Positions 53,763 to 63,068 of a stretch of 64,000 nt of DNA are shown in pieces (the first letter of the stretch is position 1; the number at the start of each line of letters is the position of its first letter). A program made the position numbers and the translations under genes. Source of the stretch: Alphaproteobacteria bacterium (lineage in GTDB: Bacteria; Pseudomonadota; Alphaproteobacteria; CALKHQ01); NCBI GenBank assembly GCA_965227515.1, contig CBDDFZ010000001.1:480001-544000 (forward strand), given 5' to 3'. The notes beneath the pieces are model-generated. The model was given only the letters and a program-made list of their open reading frames with translations, was not told the DNA's origin and did no database searches.

Positions 53763-54422
53763 ATGCGCGCAGTCGCATCGGCCGTTCTGGCCACACTGAT
53801 CGGATCGACATCCGCCTACGCCATCGACGAGGGATGGACACCGCAAACCGGCGACGACTATGTGCGCGCCGCGTGGGTGTTGTACGACCAGACGTGTGGG
53901 GTGAGTCTGGAGCTGCCCGAAAGCGAATTGACGGCTCTGCTGGGCGCGGACGGTGCGGGCAAATGCACGCTGATCAACGAGATCGCCCAGGTCTACCTGT
54001 CGCACGTGCTGGCGCTGGAGGAAGCGCAGAAGCGCGCCGGTCTGGAGGTCGACCTGCCGCCTTTTCCGGACTTCGAGGACGAGATTTCCGCGCGCATAGC
54101 GGAGTTGGTCTCGGGCAGCGGCACGCCGGCGTGGCACATCGTGGCCGATCCCAATCTGTCCGGCGCGCCGATCAACATCATAACCATGGCCGTCGATGCG
54201 TCGATGCTGAGCTATGGCATGGCGCAGCGTCTGGCCATCAGCACGGCACTCGCGAACGATCCCGAGGTTTTGATGTTGGACGAGCCGACGACGGCGCTCG
54301 ACGCCGAGACGGCCGCCGCCGTCGAGGCGGCGATGGAGGAAGCGGAAAGCGCCGCAGCCGGCAGCGCGGCGGGAGCCGATGCGGTCTCTGTCGAGCCGGC
54401 AACGCCAGATGCCAGCCAATAA
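53763..54422 (+). CDS. Signal-peptide protein containing a degenerate ABC ATPase domain
   Basis: RBS GGGGAG; AYA| cleavage site; GADGAGKC, LSYGMAQR, VLMLDEPTTALD; no recognisable Q-loop or H-loop. Confidence 0.7.
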   Translation: MRAVASAVLATLIGSTSAYAIDEGWTPQTGDDYVRAAWVLYDQTCGVSLELPESELTALLGADGAGKCTLINEIAQVYLSHVLALEEAQKRAGLEVDLPPFPDFEDEISARIAELVSGSGTPAWHIVADPNLSGAPINIITMAVDASMLSYGMAQRLAISTALANDPEVLMLDEPTTALDAETAAAVEAAMEEAESAAAGSAAGADAVSVEPATPDASQ

Positions 54423-54424
54423 TA

Positions 54425-54506
54425 TTTCAGGGACGGTTTACTAGATTCCAGATTTGCTGAGCGCGGACGGGACCCGCGGTTCTAATTTAGTAAACCGTCC
54501 CCGAAA
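54425..54506. repeat. Short palindromic element (GGGACGGTTTACTA termini)
   Basis: TTTCAGGGACGGTTTACTAGATT ... AATTTAGTAAACCGTCCCCGAAA between convergent genes. Confidence 0.75.
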
Positions 54507-54560
54507 CAGATGGCGCCACACGTAGTGGGAGGGCCAGCAAAAAGTGCCGTTGGTAGAATT

Positions 54561-56213
54561 CTACTGCCCGGTGCTGATCGGGATGACGCCGTTCACGTTG
54601 GCGTCGCTGAGGTCGCCCTCGATCGGATTGCCGTCCTCGTCGACGGCAGCGCGCAGCACCACGATAGAGATGCGGCGGTTGATCGGGTCGTAGGGGTCTT
54701 CCAGCAGCATCGGCTCGCGGTCGGCGCGGCCGACCACCCGGGTGATGCGGTCCTCGTCGATGCCGGCGGCGATCAGCGCACGGCGGCTGGCATTGGCGCG
54801 GTCGGTCGACAGCTCCCAGTTGCCATAGCCATTGTCGTTGGCGAACGGGCGCGCGTCGGTGTGGCCGGTGATCATGATCTCGTTGGGGATTTCCGCCAGC
54901 GCCAGCGCGATATTGGCCATCAGGTTACGGCTGTTCTCGGCCATGTCGGCGCTGCCTGACGGGAACATCGCCTGGTCCTCGCCATCCACGATCTGGATGC
55001 GCAGGCCCTCCGGCGTCTCTTCGATGATCAGGTTGTCGGCGAATTCGTTCAGCTCGGGGATCGAGTCGATTGCCGCGCGCACGTCCTCAGCCACCTGGTC
55101 AAATTGGGCCGCTTCGCGCAGTGCCAGCATCTCGGCGAAGTCGGCATCGGTCAGGCCGGCCAGTTCCTGCAGGGCGTTGTCGTCCATGCCGGCCAGTTCT
55201 TGCACCACCTCGTCATCCATGCCGGCCAACAGTTCGCCCATCGGCATCTGGCCGGGATATTCCGAGCCTTCCGGCGCTTCGCCGCGTGCGAGGGCGCCGA
55301 TCTCCGCTTCGCCCATGGCCATGTCGCCGATTTCGGCCTCGCCCATCGCGAGATCGCCGATTTCGGCCTCGCCCCGCGCCAGGTCGCCTTCGGCCGCATC
55401 GCCCTGCGCAACGTCGGCGTCGGCCGGATTGCCGGCAGCGTCGCCATTGTCCGCCTGACCGGCCGACAGATCGCCATTGGTCATCGTGCCCTGGGCGAGA
55501 TTGCCGTCGAGCAATGCCCCCGGCGCGCCGTCGCCATAGTCCTCGGTGCCGGGCCGCAACAGGCCCTCGATCTGCTCGCCGTAGTAGGCCAGGCCGTTGT
55601 CGCCCTCGGTCAGGTCTCCGGGCGGCCGATCGCCCTCGCTGTCGGACGGGTTCTCGATGCCCTGGGCGGCGAATTCGAACACCCGCTCCAGCGCCTCCGG
55701 GTGGCTCATGATGTCGATGCCCTCGGCCTCCAGGGCGTTCATCACCTCCTGATACGAGGTCTGCTCGACCAGTTCGGCCAGCATCTCGGGGTGTTCGACA
55801 ATATAGACCCCGTCCTCGACCATGTTCTCGATCATCTCTTCGGCACTGGTGCCGGAGAAAGTGCCGTTGGCCGGTCCACCGAAATTGTCGTCGCTGGAGT
55901 CGGGCAGCGACAACACGATCTCCGCCGGCGTGCCCGACGCCCGCAGCATGCCTTCGGACATGATCGAAGTGCCGCCCAGGATGCCGCCGGCGCCATGGCC
56001 GGACGGCCGCGCGTTCGACGGGGTGAAATAGTTGGCGATGCCGGTGAGCTGGTCGGGGCTGGTGGCGTTGATCAGCCACATCAACAGGAAGAACGCCATC
56101 ATCGCCGTCACGAAGTCGGCGTACGCGATCTTCCACGCGCCGCCGTGGTGGCCGTGGTCGCCCGCCTTCTTCTTCTTGACAATGATCGGTGCCAGTTCGG
56201 CGTTGGCCGCCAT
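54561..56213 (-). CDS. motB: Flagellar stator MotB with a large acidic repeat insertion
   Basis: WKIAYADFVTAMMAFFLLMWL; OmpA-like GHTD, NWELSTDRA, NRRI; 550 aa. Confidence 0.92.
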   Translation of the reverse strand: MAANAELAPIIVKKKKAGDHGHHGGAWKIAYADFVTAMMAFFLLMWLINATSPDQLTGIANYFTPSNARPSGHGAGGILGGTSIMSEGMLRASGTPAEIVLSLPDSSDDNFGGPANGTFSGTSAEEMIENMVEDGVYIVEHPEMLAELVEQTSYQEVMNALEAEGIDIMSHPEALERVFEFAAQGIENPSDSEGDRPPGDLTEGDNGLAYYGEQIEGLLRPGTEDYGDGAPGALLDGNLAQGTMTNGDLSAGQADNGDAAGNPADADVAQGDAAEGDLARGEAEIGDLAMGEAEIGDMAMGEAEIGALARGEAPEGSEYPGQMPMGELLAGMDDEVVQELAGMDDNALQELAGLTDADFAEMLALREAAQFDQVAEDVRAAIDSIPELNEFADNLIIEETPEGLRIQIVDGEDQAMFPSGSADMAENSRNLMANIALALAEIPNEIMITGHTDARPFANDNGYGNWELSTDRANASRRALIAAGIDEDRITRVVGRADREPMLLEDPYDPINRRISIVVLRAAVDEDGNPIEGDLSDANVNGVIPISTGQ

Positions 56214-56277
56214 GTGGTCTTCCTACCTGCTGACGCGACCTTGCCGGCGTCGTGCCGCGCCACGCGTCATGTCACGA

Positions 56278-57144
56278 TCACACCGCCGGCAGGTTGCCGG
56301 TCGCTTCTTCCACCTCGGCGAAGGTCGGCCGCACGTTCGACAGCAGCGTCTTGCGCGCGAACTCGATCGAGACCTGCGGGGCGTAGCCCTGCATGTGGGC
56401 GAGCAAGCCGGTCTTGATGCACTCCAGGTACTTGGAGTCCGCCTCCTGCGCCGCCTTCAGCGCGCTCGCCATCGGCCCGACCATGCCATAGGACAGGAAG
56501 ATACCCAGGAACGTACCGACCAGGGCGCCGGCGATCAGGCCACCCAGCACCTCCGGCGGCTGGTCGATGGCCGACATGGTCTTGATGACGCCCAGCACGG
56601 CGGCGACGATGCCCAGCGCCGGCAGGCCGTCGGCCATGCCCTGCAGCGCGGACTGGGCGGCGTGATCCTCGGCGTGGTGGGTTTCCAGTTCCTCGTCGAT
56701 CACCGACTCCAGCTCATGCGGGTTGTCGGTGCCCAGGGTCAGCATGCGCAGGTAGTCGCAGACGAACTCCACCGCGTGGTGGTCCTTGTGGAAATTCGGA
56801 AACTGCTTGAACAGCTCGCTGTCGTGCGGGTTCTCGACGTGCGCCTCCAGGGCCAGCATGCCCTTGGACTTGGCCAGCCGGAACACCTGGTAGAGCAGGC
56901 TGAGCAGTTCGAGATAATCGTCCTTCTTGAACCGCGGCCCCTTCATGGAGCGGCCGAAGCCCTTCAGCGCCTTGACCAGCACGCTCTTCGGATTGGAGAT
57001 GACGATGGCGCCCGCGGCCGCACCGCCGATCATCATCAGCTCGAAGGGCAGCGCCTTGATGATGACGTCAAGCTTGCCGCCGGCTGCGATATAGCCGCCG
57101 AACACCATGACGAAAACGACAACAAGACCGATGATGACGAACAT
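56278..57144 (-). CDS. motA: Flagellar stator MotA
   Basis: LALEAHVENP, DYLRM, ADGLPALGIVAAVLG, ALVGTFLG, EFARK. Confidence 0.95.
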   Translation of the reverse strand: MFVIIGLVVVFVMVFGGYIAAGGKLDVIIKALPFELMMIGGAAAGAIVISNPKSVLVKALKGFGRSMKGPRFKKDDYLELLSLLYQVFRLAKSKGMLALEAHVENPHDSELFKQFPNFHKDHHAVEFVCDYLRMLTLGTDNPHELESVIDEELETHHAEDHAAQSALQGMADGLPALGIVAAVLGVIKTMSAIDQPPEVLGGLIAGALVGTFLGIFLSYGMVGPMASALKAAQEADSKYLECIKTGLLAHMQGYAPQVSIEFARKTLLSNVRPTFAEVEEATGNLPAV

Positions 57145-57200
57145 TCGGGCGCGCGCTCGATGCTGATGCGAACAGAACGCGGCGACTCAAACCTATTTTG

Positions 57201-57216
57201 GTTAAGGGGCAGTGAA
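57201..57216 (-). promoter_or_regulatory. Putative CtrA box upstream of motA
   Basis: TTCA-N7-TTAAC, one mismatch to TTAA-N7-TTAAC. Confidence 0.55.
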
Positions 57217-57244
57217 AACCGGCCGGCCCAGTTCGATAATCTGT

Positions 57245-58453
57245 TCAGCCGGCGCCATCGGTGCGGAACACGGTCCCGATCTCGGCCAGCGCGGCGACGA
57301 TGGCATCGCCATGCGCCCTGCTGCGGGTCTCGATCAGGAACTCGATATCGACGTGCTTCACCGACGTTTCCAGCGCCAGCCGGTGGTGGGCGACGTCGAC
57401 GATATTGCCCTCTTCCGCCGCGATCCGGTCGACGATGCGGGCCAGCGCGCCCGGCCTGTCCTGCGCCTGGATGCGCAGCCTGACCAGCCGGCCGTCGACG
57501 ATCAGCCCACGGGTCAGGATCGAGGCGAGCACACGGTTGTCGATGTTGCCGCCGCACACCACCGCGCCGGCATTGCACCCGGCGAAGGCGGCGTTGTGGG
57601 CTAGCATGGCGGCCACGCCGGCGGCACCCGCGCCCTCCGCCACCACATTGCCGACCTCGGCCAGCAGGCTGATCGCCTGTTCGACCTGGCTGTCGGTGAC
57701 CTGCAGCACCTCGTCCACCAGTTCGGCGATCACCGCGCCGGTCAGCGCACCCGGTCGCGCGACCGCTATGCCTTCGGCCAGGGTTGCGCCGCCGGGCAAG
57801 TCCGGCCCACCGCGCACGAACGTGGGATAGCGGTCGGACTGCACGCCGACGATACGGATCTGCGGCCGCAGCGCCTTGGCGGCGACCGCAATGCCGGCGA
57901 TCAGCCCGCCGCCGCCGACCGGCACCACCAGCGTGTCGAGGTCCGGGGCGTCGGCCAGCATCTCCAGGCCGACCGTGCCCTGGCCCGCCATGATCGCGGG
58001 GTCGTCATAGGGATGCACCGGCGTCAGCGCCTCTCGCGCCGCCAGCTCGTCGGCAAAGCCGATGCAGTCCGCCAGCCCGTCGCCGTGCAGGATGACCCGG
58101 GCGCCATGGCGCTCGGTCGCCTCGATCTTGGTGAAGGGGGCCGACTGCGGCATCACGATGGTGGCGGGAATGCCGAGCCGCCCGGCGTGGTAGGCGACGC
58201 CCTGCGCGTGATTGCCGGCGGAGATCGCGATCACGCCGTTCGCCCGCGCCTCGGCGGGCAGGCTGGCAAGCTTGTAGAGCGCGCCGCGCGCCTTGAACGA
58301 GCCGGTGACCTGCAAGTTCTCCAGCTTCAGCCACAGCTCGCAGCCCAGCCGACGGCTCAGAGAGGGTGCGCGCACCGTCGGCGTGCGCACGACCTCGCCC
58401 TCGAGTACGACCGCTGCGGCCCGCACATCGTCAATGCCGATCGCCAGCGCCAT
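57245..58453 (-). CDS. ilvA: Threonine/serine ammonia-lyase with C-terminal ACT domain
   Basis: KLENLQVTGSFKARG, SAGNHAQG, PVGGGGL, EGAGAA, GGNID, DRPGAL. Confidence 0.92.
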   Translation of the reverse strand: MALAIGIDDVRAAAVVLEGEVVRTPTVRAPSLSRRLGCELWLKLENLQVTGSFKARGALYKLASLPAEARANGVIAISAGNHAQGVAYHAGRLGIPATIVMPQSAPFTKIEATERHGARVILHGDGLADCIGFADELAAREALTPVHPYDDPAIMAGQGTVGLEMLADAPDLDTLVVPVGGGGLIAGIAVAAKALRPQIRIVGVQSDRYPTFVRGGPDLPGGATLAEGIAVARPGALTGAVIAELVDEVLQVTDSQVEQAISLLAEVGNVVAEGAGAAGVAAMLAHNAAFAGCNAGAVVCGGNIDNRVLASILTRGLIVDGRLVRLRIQAQDRPGALARIVDRIAAEEGNIVDVAHHRLALETSVKHVDIEFLIETRSRAHGDAIVAALAEIGTVFRTDGAG

Positions 58454-58458
58454 GGCGC

Positions 58459-60900
58459 TCAGGGCGACGCGGGTTGCAGGGTCAGGCTGCCGATGGCGGT
58501 CGCGCGGACGCTGTCGATATCCGTTGCGATGGTGAAATAGTCCGCGTCACGCCAGCGCTCGGCCAGGTGCGACCAGTAGGACGAGAACGGGTTGTCCGAT
58601 TGTCCCGGCGCCATCGAGAACCGCGAGTTGGCCAGGTCCGACAGATCGTAGACCGCCCGGTAGCCGGCGCCGTGGCCGTTGCGGAACGGCATGTCGCCGC
58701 CGCCCCGCGTGCCGCCGGCCATCACGGTCGAACCGGAGCCGCCGGTTTCCACCGACGCATCCAGCCAACCGCCAACGAGCGGGATCATGCCGAAGATCTG
58801 GTGGCGGAAGTCGGCCTGGTGCGCCTCGCCCCAGCGCCATTCGGCCATGTCGTCGCCGTAGATGCCGGTCAACAGGTCCAGCCCTGCCAGCAACGCCTGC
58901 TCCTTGGCCCAGGCGCAATCCTCAACCACGTCATCGGTGGCAACGTTGTCGCACCAGTGTTCCTGGCCGGTGAAGACATTGACGATCAGGGTGTCGCTGC
59001 CCAGCGCGCCTTCTTCGAACAGCTCCGCCAGCTCGTCGCCGAACAGAACTTCCGGCATCTCCCGGTCCCAGGCGGCATAGATCAGGGGCTCGGCGGCGTC
59101 GGCGGCCATGTTGCCGTCCCAGCCGCGCAGCATCTCGACCGCGGCCTGGGCACGTGGGTTGCGGAACTCGGCATCCAGGTAGAGCGGCAACAGCTTCTGT
59201 ACGGCCAGCGACAGGGTGTCGTGCTGCATGGCCTGGAAGCTTGCGATGTCGTGGGTCTCGCGCGCCTCCAGCATCTGGTGGATGCGGTCGGAGCGATAGG
59301 CCGGGATGTAGGTGTGGCCCAGGAAGTACGGATAGTCGTCGTCGATCAGCCGGTTGTTGGCGTTGACCAGCAAACCGGACGACGGGTTCAGGCGGCGCGG
59401 CAGCCCCTCGATCGGAATGCGCCCGGTCCAGTCGTACTCCCCAGTCCAGCCGGGCGCGGGGATCGTGCCGTCGCCGGCGCCACGGATCGGCACCCACGCC
59501 GGCGCATAGAGCCCGATATTCCCGTCGGTATCGGCGTAGTGCATGTTCTGCTGCGGCGCATTGAACAGCGAGGCGGCGTCGACGAAGCTCTGCCAGTCGG
59601 TCGCCTGGTTGATGCCGAGCATGCCCTCGGCGGTACGGTCCGGCGAGAACAGATAGGGTGCGGCCAGCGCGACCACCTGGTCGGGTTCCAGCAGGTCCTC
59701 GGTATCCTCCGGCCGCAAGTCCGAGATGATCGGGCCGTGGCGGCTGACGCGCACGGTGAAGGTCTCGGTCTCGCCATTGGCCAGGTAGAGCGTTTCCTCG
59801 CGCACCTCGAACGGCTCCGAGCCGTCCGGCGTCAGATAGGCGTCCGGGTTGTCGGGGTCGATCCGCTCGACGAACAGGTCGGCCATGTCGGAGTGGGAGG
59901 TGGTGAACCCCCAGGCGATGTGGCCATTGTGGCCGACGATCAGCAACGGCACCCCCGGCGTGGTGCCGCCGACCAGGTTCATCCCCGGCGCTTCGATATG
60001 GGTGAGGTACCAGGTGCCGGGCAGGCCGTGGCGCAAGTGAGGGTCGTTGGCCAGCAACGGCGCGCCTGTGTCGGTGTGGCGGCCGTCGACCACCCAGGCG
60101 TTGGAGGCATCCCACGGCGTGCGCATCGGCTCCGGGATTGCCTGCACCACCCGCGCCCAGTCACGCTGCAGCATCGACTGCTGCTCCGCCGGCAATGTCG
60201 GGCCGTATTCGGAGCCCGGATATTCCGGGAAGAATTCGGTGGCGAGTTCCGGCCCCAGCAACTGCTCCACTTGCAGGCGCTCGATCTCGCGCATGAAGTT
60301 CCAGCCGGCCAGGAAGATCGCCATCACCTTGCCCCAGACCAGCGAGTCCGCCGGGCGCCACGGCTCGGGCCGGTAGTCGTCCAGGTCCAGGCTGACCGGC
60401 AGCCGGGCATAGATCGCCGGCGACCACGCGCCCTCGTGGGTGTCCAGGTAGGCGTTCACCCCGGCGGTGTAGGCTTCGACAACGGCGCGCGCATCCGGCG
60501 ACATATCCTCAAAGGCCTGTTCCGCCAGCCGATAGAGGCCCAGCGTGCGGGTCAGCTTGTCGAACTCGATGGCGAACTCGGCGGGGATCAGCTCCGACAA
60601 CCGGCCGGCGCCGAGACGGCGCATCTGCTCCATCTGCGGCAGGCGGTCCTGCGCATGGGCGAAACCCAATGCAAAATAGGCATCATGCGGATTATCTGCC
60701 TTGATATGCGCAACATAGTTTTCGTCACGCACAATATCGACCGGCGCCGACAGGCCCTCCACCAGCACCGTGCCGTCGATCTTCGGCTCCGAACTGGACA
60801 GCCAGATCACCAGCGCGCCGATCGCCAGCACCACCAGAACGACAAGGCCGCCGACCAGCCAGCCGAGGATTTTCAGGGTGCGTCGGATCGGCCGTTTCAT
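58459..60900 (-). CDS. Penicillin acylase family (S45) Ntn-hydrolase
   Basis: N-terminal anchor; GFAHAQDR, beta-chain A|SNAW, LANDPHL, GHNGHIAWG, YADTDGNIG, NANN, PGQS. Confidence 0.92.
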   Translation of the reverse strand: MKRPIRRTLKILGWLVGGLVVLVVLAIGALVIWLSSSEPKIDGTVLVEGLSAPVDIVRDENYVAHIKADNPHDAYFALGFAHAQDRLPQMEQMRRLGAGRLSELIPAEFAIEFDKLTRTLGLYRLAEQAFEDMSPDARAVVEAYTAGVNAYLDTHEGAWSPAIYARLPVSLDLDDYRPEPWRPADSLVWGKVMAIFLAGWNFMREIERLQVEQLLGPELATEFFPEYPGSEYGPTLPAEQQSMLQRDWARVVQAIPEPMRTPWDASNAWVVDGRHTDTGAPLLANDPHLRHGLPGTWYLTHIEAPGMNLVGGTTPGVPLLIVGHNGHIAWGFTTSHSDMADLFVERIDPDNPDAYLTPDGSEPFEVREETLYLANGETETFTVRVSRHGPIISDLRPEDTEDLLEPDQVVALAAPYLFSPDRTAEGMLGINQATDWQSFVDAASLFNAPQQNMHYADTDGNIGLYAPAWVPIRGAGDGTIPAPGWTGEYDWTGRIPIEGLPRRLNPSSGLLVNANNRLIDDDYPYFLGHTYIPAYRSDRIHQMLEARETHDIASFQAMQHDTLSLAVQKLLPLYLDAEFRNPRAQAAVEMLRGWDGNMAADAAEPLIYAAWDREMPEVLFGDELAELFEEGALGSDTLIVNVFTGQEHWCDNVATDDVVEDCAWAKEQALLAGLDLLTGIYGDDMAEWRWGEAHQADFRHQIFGMIPLVGGWLDASVETGGSGSTVMAGGTRGGGDMPFRNGHGAGYRAVYDLSDLANSRFSMAPGQSDNPFSSYWSHLAERWRDADYFTIATDIDSVRATAIGSLTLQPASP

Positions 60901-62114
60901 GACGCGCCCGCCTCCGGCCCATCCAGCCACTGCATGATCGCGTTGCGGTCGGCATCCAGGTCGGGCGCCGCCGGCCGATAGGTCGTATCCGCCATATCGG
61001 AGAGCTTGATCGGGTTGCCGGCGACCTTGAAACCGGCGTTGGCGCCGGCGCCGATCTCCGCCACCATGTTGCGCGCATGGACATGCGGATCGGACAAGAC
61101 GTGGGCCACGTCGTTGATCGGCCCGCATGGCAGGCCCGCCGCCTCCAGCCGCCGCAGCCACGCCTCGACCGTGTCGGTCACCAGCGCCGACTCCATCTCG
61201 GCCTGCAGGGCGTCGACATTGGCAATCCGGTCCTCGTTCGACAGGAACCGGGTGTCGGCCGCCAGTTCCGGCCGCCCGAGCGCGTTGGCGAGCTTGGCGA
61301 ACAAGCTGTCGTTGCCGGCGGCGATGATGATGTGGCCATCGCCGGCCCTGAAGGCGGCGAACGGCGCGATCGAGGGGTGGCGCGCGCCCAGCGGCCGCGG
61401 CGCCTCCCCGGTCGAGGCGAAGCGGGCGATCGCGTTCTCCAGGATCGCCACCTGGCAGTCCAGCATGCCGACATCGACGTAGCAGCCGATGCCGGTGGCG
61501 GCGCGGCGGACCAGGGCCGCGTTAACGCCGACGGCGGTGAACAGGCCGGCGGTAATGTCGCCGATGGACGTGCCGACGCGGGTCGGCGGGCCGCCGGGAT
61601 GGCCGGTGATGCTCATGACCCCGCCCATGCCCTGCACCACCATGTCGTAGGCCGGGCGCTGGGCGTAGGGGCCGGTCTGCCCGAAGCCGGAGCAGGCGGC
61701 GTAGACCAGCTTGGGAAAGCGCGCGTGCACGGCATCCCAGCCATAGCCGAGCTTGTGCATGGTGCCGGCGCGGAAATTCTCCACCAACACGTCGGCGCGG
61801 CCCAGCAGCCGGTCGAACACCACCCGGTCGGCCTCGTCCTTCAGGTCGAGCGCAATCGACTGCTTGCCGCGGTTAAGCGAGAGGAAATAGGCCGACTGGC
61901 CGTTGACGAACGGCCCGAACGAGCGGCTGTCCTCCCCGGTTTCCGGGCGTTCCACCTTGATCACCCGTGCGCCCAGGTCGGCCAGCAACATGGTGCAATA
62001 CGGCCCGGCCAGCACCCGGGTCAGGTCGATCACCACCAGACCGGCCAGCGGCCCGGCCGCATGGGGTTGGGCTTTGTCGATGAAATCTTCAGTTGATCCA
62101 GGCTGGCTGTTCAT
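60897..62114 (-). CDS. CaiB/BaiF family (class III) CoA-transferase
   Basis: LAGPYCT..LADLGA.VIKVE, NRGKQS, ENFR.G, SGFGQTGP, AYD..VQ. Confidence 0.93.
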   Translation of the reverse strand: MNSQPGSTEDFIDKAQPHAAGPLAGLVVIDLTRVLAGPYCTMLLADLGARVIKVERPETGEDSRSFGPFVNGQSAYFLSLNRGKQSIALDLKDEADRVVFDRLLGRADVLVENFRAGTMHKLGYGWDAVHARFPKLVYAACSGFGQTGPYAQRPAYDMVVQGMGGVMSITGHPGGPPTRVGTSIGDITAGLFTAVGVNAALVRRAATGIGCYVDVGMLDCQVAILENAIARFASTGEAPRPLGARHPSIAPFAAFRAGDGHIIIAAGNDSLFAKLANALGRPELAADTRFLSNEDRIANVDALQAEMESALVTDTVEAWLRRLEAAGLPCGPINDVAHVLSDPHVHARNMVAEIGAGANAGFKVAGNPIKLSDMADTTYRPAAPDLDADRNAIMQWLDGPEAGAS

Positions 62115-62210
62115 GCCACTCCGCTTCACACCAAGTCGTCGCTGCGCCGCCCGCGGTCCCTTTCGGCGTCCGGGCTTCGGCCGGCGGCGACCCTAGCAGG
62201 CTGCCGACCC

Positions 62211-63065
62211 ATGGAACAGAAGCACGTTCTGGCACTTTCCCGTGAGGGGTTCCACAAGGTTGCCTACGTAGAGTGGGGCGATCCGGATGACCCGTGCCCG
62301 GTGGTCTGTGTCCATGGCCTGACCCGCAACGGGCGCGATTTCGACCCGCTGGCCAAGGCGTTGGCCGATGCCGGCCGCCGCGTCGTGTGCCCGGATATCG
62401 TCGGGCGTGGCCTCAGCGACCGGCTCGATGCCGCCGATCTCTACGGCTACCCGCAATATTGCAGCGACATGGCGACGATGATCGCGCGGCTGGACGTCGA
62501 CGCGGTGGACTGGGTCGGCACCTCCATGGGCGGGCTGATCGCCATGTTCCTGGCCCAGCACCGCAACGTGCCGATCCGCCGGCTGGTGATGAACGACATC
62601 GGCCCGTTCGTCCCGAAGGCATTCGTTGCCCGGCTGCGCGACTATGTCGGTCAGGCACCCGAATTTCCGGACCTGGCCGCCGCCGAGGCCTATCTGCGCC
62701 AGATCCACGCCCCGTTCGGCGACCTTGACGACGATGCCTGGCGCCATCTGGTGACCCACAGCACATGGCGGCTGGAGGGCGGTGGCTTCGTGCTCGCCTA
62801 CGACCCCAAGATCGCCGTCCCGCTCCGCGCCGGTGGCGACCCGACGGATATCGATATGTGGTCGTTCTGGCCCAACGTGCGGATGCCGGTCTTGCTGGTC
62901 AGAGGCGCCGAGAGCGACCTGTTGCTGCCGCAGACCGTGCAGCGAATGGCCAAGGACTACCAGGGCTCGGCCTTCGAGGTCTTCGAGGTCGAGGGCGCCG
63001 GGCACGCACCGGCGCTGATGGCCGACGATCAGATCGCGGCCGTCCAAGACTGGCTGGCGGCGTGA
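62211..63065 (+). CDS. Alpha/beta-fold hydrolase
   Basis: VHGLTRN, GTSMGG nucleophile elbow, RGAESDLL, GHAP. Confidence 0.9.
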   Translation: MEQKHVLALSREGFHKVAYVEWGDPDDPCPVVCVHGLTRNGRDFDPLAKALADAGRRVVCPDIVGRGLSDRLDAADLYGYPQYCSDMATMIARLDVDAVDWVGTSMGGLIAMFLAQHRNVPIRRLVMNDIGPFVPKAFVARLRDYVGQAPEFPDLAAAEAYLRQIHAPFGDLDDDAWRHLVTHSTWRLEGGGFVLAYDPKIAVPLRAGGDPTDIDMWSFWPNVRMPVLLVRGAESDLLLPQTVQRMAKDYQGSAFEVFEVEGAGHAPALMADDQIAAVQDWLAA

Positions 63066-63068
63066 ACG

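Noticed and set aside
54561-57144. Orphan motAB as a Zorya or other non-flagellar ion motor
   Set aside because: MotA has canonical length and motifs with no long tail, there are no zorC/D/E-like neighbours, and a CtrA-like box lies upstream
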